A program made the position numbers and the translations under genes. A stretch of 64,000 bases of DNA. It comes from Moniliella sp. 'wahieum' (Eukaryota). Shown piece after piece: positions 61,947 to 64,000 of this stretch; position 1 is the first letter of the stretch; each line of letters opens with the position of its first letter. The notes under the pieces were generated by a model, which saw nothing but the letters and a program-made list of their open reading frames with translations, was not told the DNA's origin and ran no database searches. The stretch is taken from positions 372,001 to 436,000 of the forward strand of contig RSEE01000041.1 of NCBI GenBank assembly GCA_003971905.1. Reading direction: 5' to 3'.

Positions 61947-64000
61947 TTAGAGCTTGTCGTAGTACTCCGTGTAGGGAGGAGGGGTCTCCTTGATGCCCTT
62001 GCGCACACGGATTTTGGTCACCAGCTCGTACACCTTCGACTTGGGGTCGGACGCGTCGCCGGGCAGCTCCTCCCAGTGGTCGAAGACCGACTGGGGGAAG
62101 GCCTGACCACCAGTAGCCTGGCGCAGGGCAGCGTTGAAACCGAACGACTCCGAGACGGGCAGGTAAGCCTTGACAGTGTACATGGGGTACCGGGGCGCTG
62201 CTCCTCCATGACCACCTGGCCACGGCGCTTGTTGAGCGTCGAGTAGATACCACCCAGGCCCGACTCGGGGCACTGGATCTCGACCAGGTACATGGGCTCC
62301 TGCAGCGCCGGGGTGGCGAGCAGCGCGGCAGCGTAGCAGACACGGCGCGCCGTGGGGATGATCTGTCCACCACCACGGTGGATGGCGTCCGTGTGCAGCG
62401 TAACGTCGACCACGTTGAAGCGCACACCACGCATGGGCTCCTCGGCAAGAGGACCCTCCTTGGTGGCCCACTGGAACGCGGCCACACACGAGTCCTTGAT
62501 CTCGTTAAGGTACTGCACACCCTTCGTCACACCACCCATCAGGTTGGGGCCAGTCGTGTCAGGGCCAAAGGTCCAGATCTTACGAGCGTCCGTAACGTCC
62601 CAGCCAAACTCGTCGGCAAGGTAGCGAGCACGCGACTTGAAGTCGTCGCGGGGGTTGACCTTGCCCTCCTCAATCGCGCGCGACAGTTCCTCACCAAGGG
62701 GAAGAGCGTCGACGTAAAGACGGTTGTGCTTGTTCTGCGCACTTGGACAGGGCAGTCATGCTGCTCTGCGTCGTCACAGTCTCACGGTAGCCAACAACGG
62801 GGTCGGACTTCTTGAGGGGAACCTGGGCGTGGTCGTTCTCAAGGTCGTTGAGGCAGATCTCGAGGTGGAGCTCACCGGCACCGGCAACAATGTGCTCACC
62901 CGACTCGCCAATCCACGCCTGCACACAGGGGTCCGACTTGGTCAGACGCTTCAGACCCTCGACCAGCTTGGGCAGGTCGTTGGCGTTCTTCACCTCAACG
63001 GCGACTTGCACGACGGGCGAGACCGAGAACTTCATGACACGCATGTTGTGCGCCGTCTCGGACGAGGTGAGGGTACCGCTCTTGAGCAGGAACTGGTCAA
63101 CACACCAACCAGACCCGAATGTTACCGGCGGGGCAGTCCTCAATGGGCTCGACGTAACGGCCCATCATGAGCACGGTACGCTGAATCGACTTGATGAACA
63201 GGTCGTCCTTCTTGCCGGGGCGGTAGTTCGGGCCCTGGATGCGGATCTTGGGGCCAGAGCGGACGGTACCAGAGAAGATACGGCCGAAGGCGTAGAAGCG
63301 GCCCTTGTCCGAGGTGGGGACCATCTTGGAAACGTAGAGCATCAGCGGGCCCTTGGGGTCGCAGTCACGGATACCAATGGCCGACTCGTCGTCCATGGGG
63401 CCCTCGTACAGCGTCTCCACGGTAGCGCTGCGCCGTCTTGGGCGAGGGGAGGTTGATGACAATCATCTCCAGCAGGGCGTCACCAGCGGGAGGAACTTGC
63501 GCATGACAACCTTGAGGAGGCCTTGCCCTCGAGGTCCTTCTCATCCTGGGTAAGGGGCACCTCGAGCTTCTCGAGAATCTTGGCAGTCTCGTCCTTCTTG
63601 AAGTTCATCACCGAGTCGAAGATACGGTAGATGGGGTCGAGAACGAACATGTTGAACGCACGCTCGAGGGGCTTGCCGTCAGCGTCGGTCGACTTGGTGG
63701 TCCACTTCTTGGTCTTGGGTTGAAGTAGTTGTCGCCCCACAGCTTGCCCATCATCTTCTCCTTGTCCACACCGAACTTCTTGGCGTAGCGGGCAGCGAAT
63801 TGGGACAGGGTGAAGGCCCAGCCGTGGAGACCCGAAGCGAAGGCGACAGTGCCCTTCTCGGGGTAGACCTGCGACTCGCCGAGGACGGGGTCGTTGTAGG
63901 TGGCAATGACCACGTTGACCGACTCGACAGTGCGCTGGAAAAGGTGTAGAGCTCCTCCTTCTCGACCTGCAGCTCGAGAAGAGCACGGTCGACCTTGTTC
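61947..64000 (-). CDS. EFT2: Translation elongation factor 2 (5' part lies outside the window)
   Basis: [75 protein letters not shown]; diphthamide loop [13 protein letters not shown]; ends EYYDKL*. Confidence 0.98.

Overview
This is a eukaryotic, GC-rich, intron-poor fungal window, most consistent with a basidiomycete (Ustilaginomycotina-like; inferred from gene sequence and structure only). Almost every gene is split by 1-2 nt indels, which looks like unpolished long-read assembly error, so gene ends are approximate. Recognisable genes: an SH3/Cdc25-like RasGEF 5' part, tricalbin, NECAP, a C2H2 zinc-finger factor, a Pho13-like HAD phosphatase, HIS5, VMA6, a group-III G-alpha, an Rsc1-like bromo/BAH protein, RPT6, NAP1, a three-repeat Myb, a SOG2-domain ORF, an Sst2-type DEP/RGS, SPC1 and the 3' part of EF-2. 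There are also two tRNAs (Asp-GTC with intron, Arg-CCT) and a complete young Ty1/copia element (identical 217-bp LTRs, GAGCT TSD). The most unexplained signals are: (1) a window-wide intergenic 7-bp grammar T[C/G]A-NNNN in which the 4-mer spacer varies but is usually palindromic; (2) a non-canonical, half-tRNA-like PBS in the copia element; (3) a dispersed ~220-280 bp hairpin-bearing repeat; (4) a G-alpha with Ala at the switch-I glycine needed for RGS sensitivity.
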